A stretch of DNA of 64,000 nt, from NCBI GenBank assembly GCA_965637545.1, contig OZ281499.1:18104001-18168000 (forward strand). The letters are read 5' to 3'. The position numbers were made by a program, and so were the translations under genes. The notes beneath the pieces were generated by a model. That model saw nothing but the letters and a program-made list of their open reading frames with translations, ran no database searches and had not been told where the DNA came from. Shown here in pieces: positions 62,249 through 64,000 of this stretch; within the stretch, counting starts at the first letter, position 1, and each line of letters opens with the position of its first letter. Source of the stretch: Phallusia mammillata. Its lineage: Eukaryota.

Positions 62249-64000
62249 GTAAGTGCTGGCTACCAATTCATAACAGATTCCTGTATTGCACAACCTATTC
62301 TATTCCATTGACATGAGTCTTGTTAATATTGTGAGTGGTTGAAACTAGTGACACAATAAACCCATCTTAAAAGGCTAAAACTGAATGTTCAGTCACAACA
62401 AAATCATATGTTGGTAGTGCAAGTAAACTCGTTCATGAAGGCCCAAAATACTATTTATAGTATATCAGCTGCACAAACCCCAAAATTTGCATTTTGTACT
62501 TTTTATAAACCACATGCCTCAGTAAACATAATTTAATTTGTTACAATTTAATTGATGAATTTTTAGCTTGGAATATACACAACACGAACAGATTTTCTGA
62601 TTTCGCTCCAAATTTTCTGAAAATTCAGCCCAAATTGAAACACGATTATAACCATATATTCGGCCAAATTTTCACCCAATTAAAATTTTAATTCATCATT
62701 AGCTTAAACCATTGTGCTATTTTATGACTTTTAATACTTCACTATCCACTTGGAATCAAAAGATAGATTGTATCCTGTTGGCTTCAATACAGTTAAACAT
62801 TTTTGTCTGGTTTAAAATTTTAAGTTGAAATGTGTACAGGGTTCATTTAACTCAGTGGTTCCCAAACTATGCGCCGCAGCACACATGTGCCGCAAGATGT
62901 CATTAGGCGTGCCGCAAAAAAATATTGAAATTAAAATCAATCAAGTAGAGTAGTAGTACCAGGTGCTTAGACCACTAGGCCACATGCTCCACATCTCTGA
63001 GATGTTCAACTAGGCTATTTAACTATGAGAGTGACCTGTATAGCGGCTTTATGACCTCATAGTTAGTGCCTTTGTCAGCTAATTTACTGTGCCATTTTAA
63101 ACTGAAATAAAAAAATTCAAATATATTTTTTATTCAAATGTTCCAAGTGCGCCAAATAATTTTTGTTTTTTCTAAAATGCGCCTTAAAAGAAAAAAGGCA
63201 ACATTTTCTATTAGGACCTGTAAAATCCACAACATAATGACCAGTATAAATCCCTATACAGCAAAATGAGTCTTTTCTTCCTAAGCCATTCTCTACTATT
63301 GTGTAGTTAGTCTGTGTCCATCGGAGCGTGAATAAGCACATGGCTTTGTAGTTTTTCTGTGAATGTGTGGTGCGTTGTTAAACATGTAGGTGTCGTCTAT
63401 CAAGCGTTAAGGAAGTTCTTATATTGCTACGGGCTGCAATGAACCATTTTGTTGTGTTTCTTTCCTAATACGGTCAATACAATTATTTACTAAGTGCTAA
63501 AAAGGTTATGTCATGTATATTTATATACTTTACATGACAAATTATGACCTTTCTTCAATTTCCACATTGAACTTGTTGTTAGTTTCCCAATAACTTTTGG
63601 TTCATGCTTTAAGTTTACAATTACTAAACAGTGTATGTTTTTTTAACAACCTTTTATGTTGTTGGAATTATTGTCCAGTTTTTTGTTTGTATTTTTTTCT
63701 GTTTTATGATGGTTTGTTCCAAATGCTTGGCCAAAAAGGGTTATTCAAACTTTTTTTAAATTACATGTTAATTAATTATCTAAAGTTGATCCTCCCAAAG
63801 TTTGACCCTGGGTGACCCAGCAGTTCCCTCTTAGCCCCCCAAAATGTGACATTTTTAAAACTGCTATACTTAAGTACATGATCCAGGAGTTTTGTACTAT
63901 TGGTTGATGCATTGTTAAGTATGTTTAATCATTTAGTAACTTTTAGTTGGATTCACCCATTTTTCATTGTATTTTAGCATTGTCAAAAAATTGGTTAGTT

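Overview
AT-rich eukaryotic (animal) genomic DNA; the gene and repeat content suggests a marine invertebrate such as a tunicate, but that is inference. The left ~46 kb is a birth-and-death array of SLC43A3-like MFS transporter genes: 2 intact copies, 1 young pseudogene and about 8 fragments. It is shaped by a large inverted duplication (2.4-13.6 kb vs 22.7-33.4 kb) and a direct duplication (9.5-12.5 kb vs 43.8-47.0 kb). It also holds four Ty3/gypsy remnants, two LINE fragments, two tRNA-derived SINE families and many hAT-type MITEs. The right ~18 kb holds an unrecognised 6-exon, 570-aa single-pass membrane protein gene (minus strand), head-to-head with the 5' part of macoilin (MACO1). Four observations stand out. 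(1) A complete minimal type I hammerhead ribozyme overlaps the stop codon of one SLC43 paralog, in the sense orientation. (2) An uninterrupted 1321-aa ORF fuses gypsy Gag-PR-RT-RNaseH in frame to a LINE RT C-half. (3) A gypsy element inserted exactly on the start codon of an intact SLC43 copy, and its TSD regenerates the ATG directly behind the 3' LTR. (4) The 570-aa gene resembles no family I recognise. All alignments were done by eye and nothing was searched or computed, so boundaries of degenerate features are approximate.
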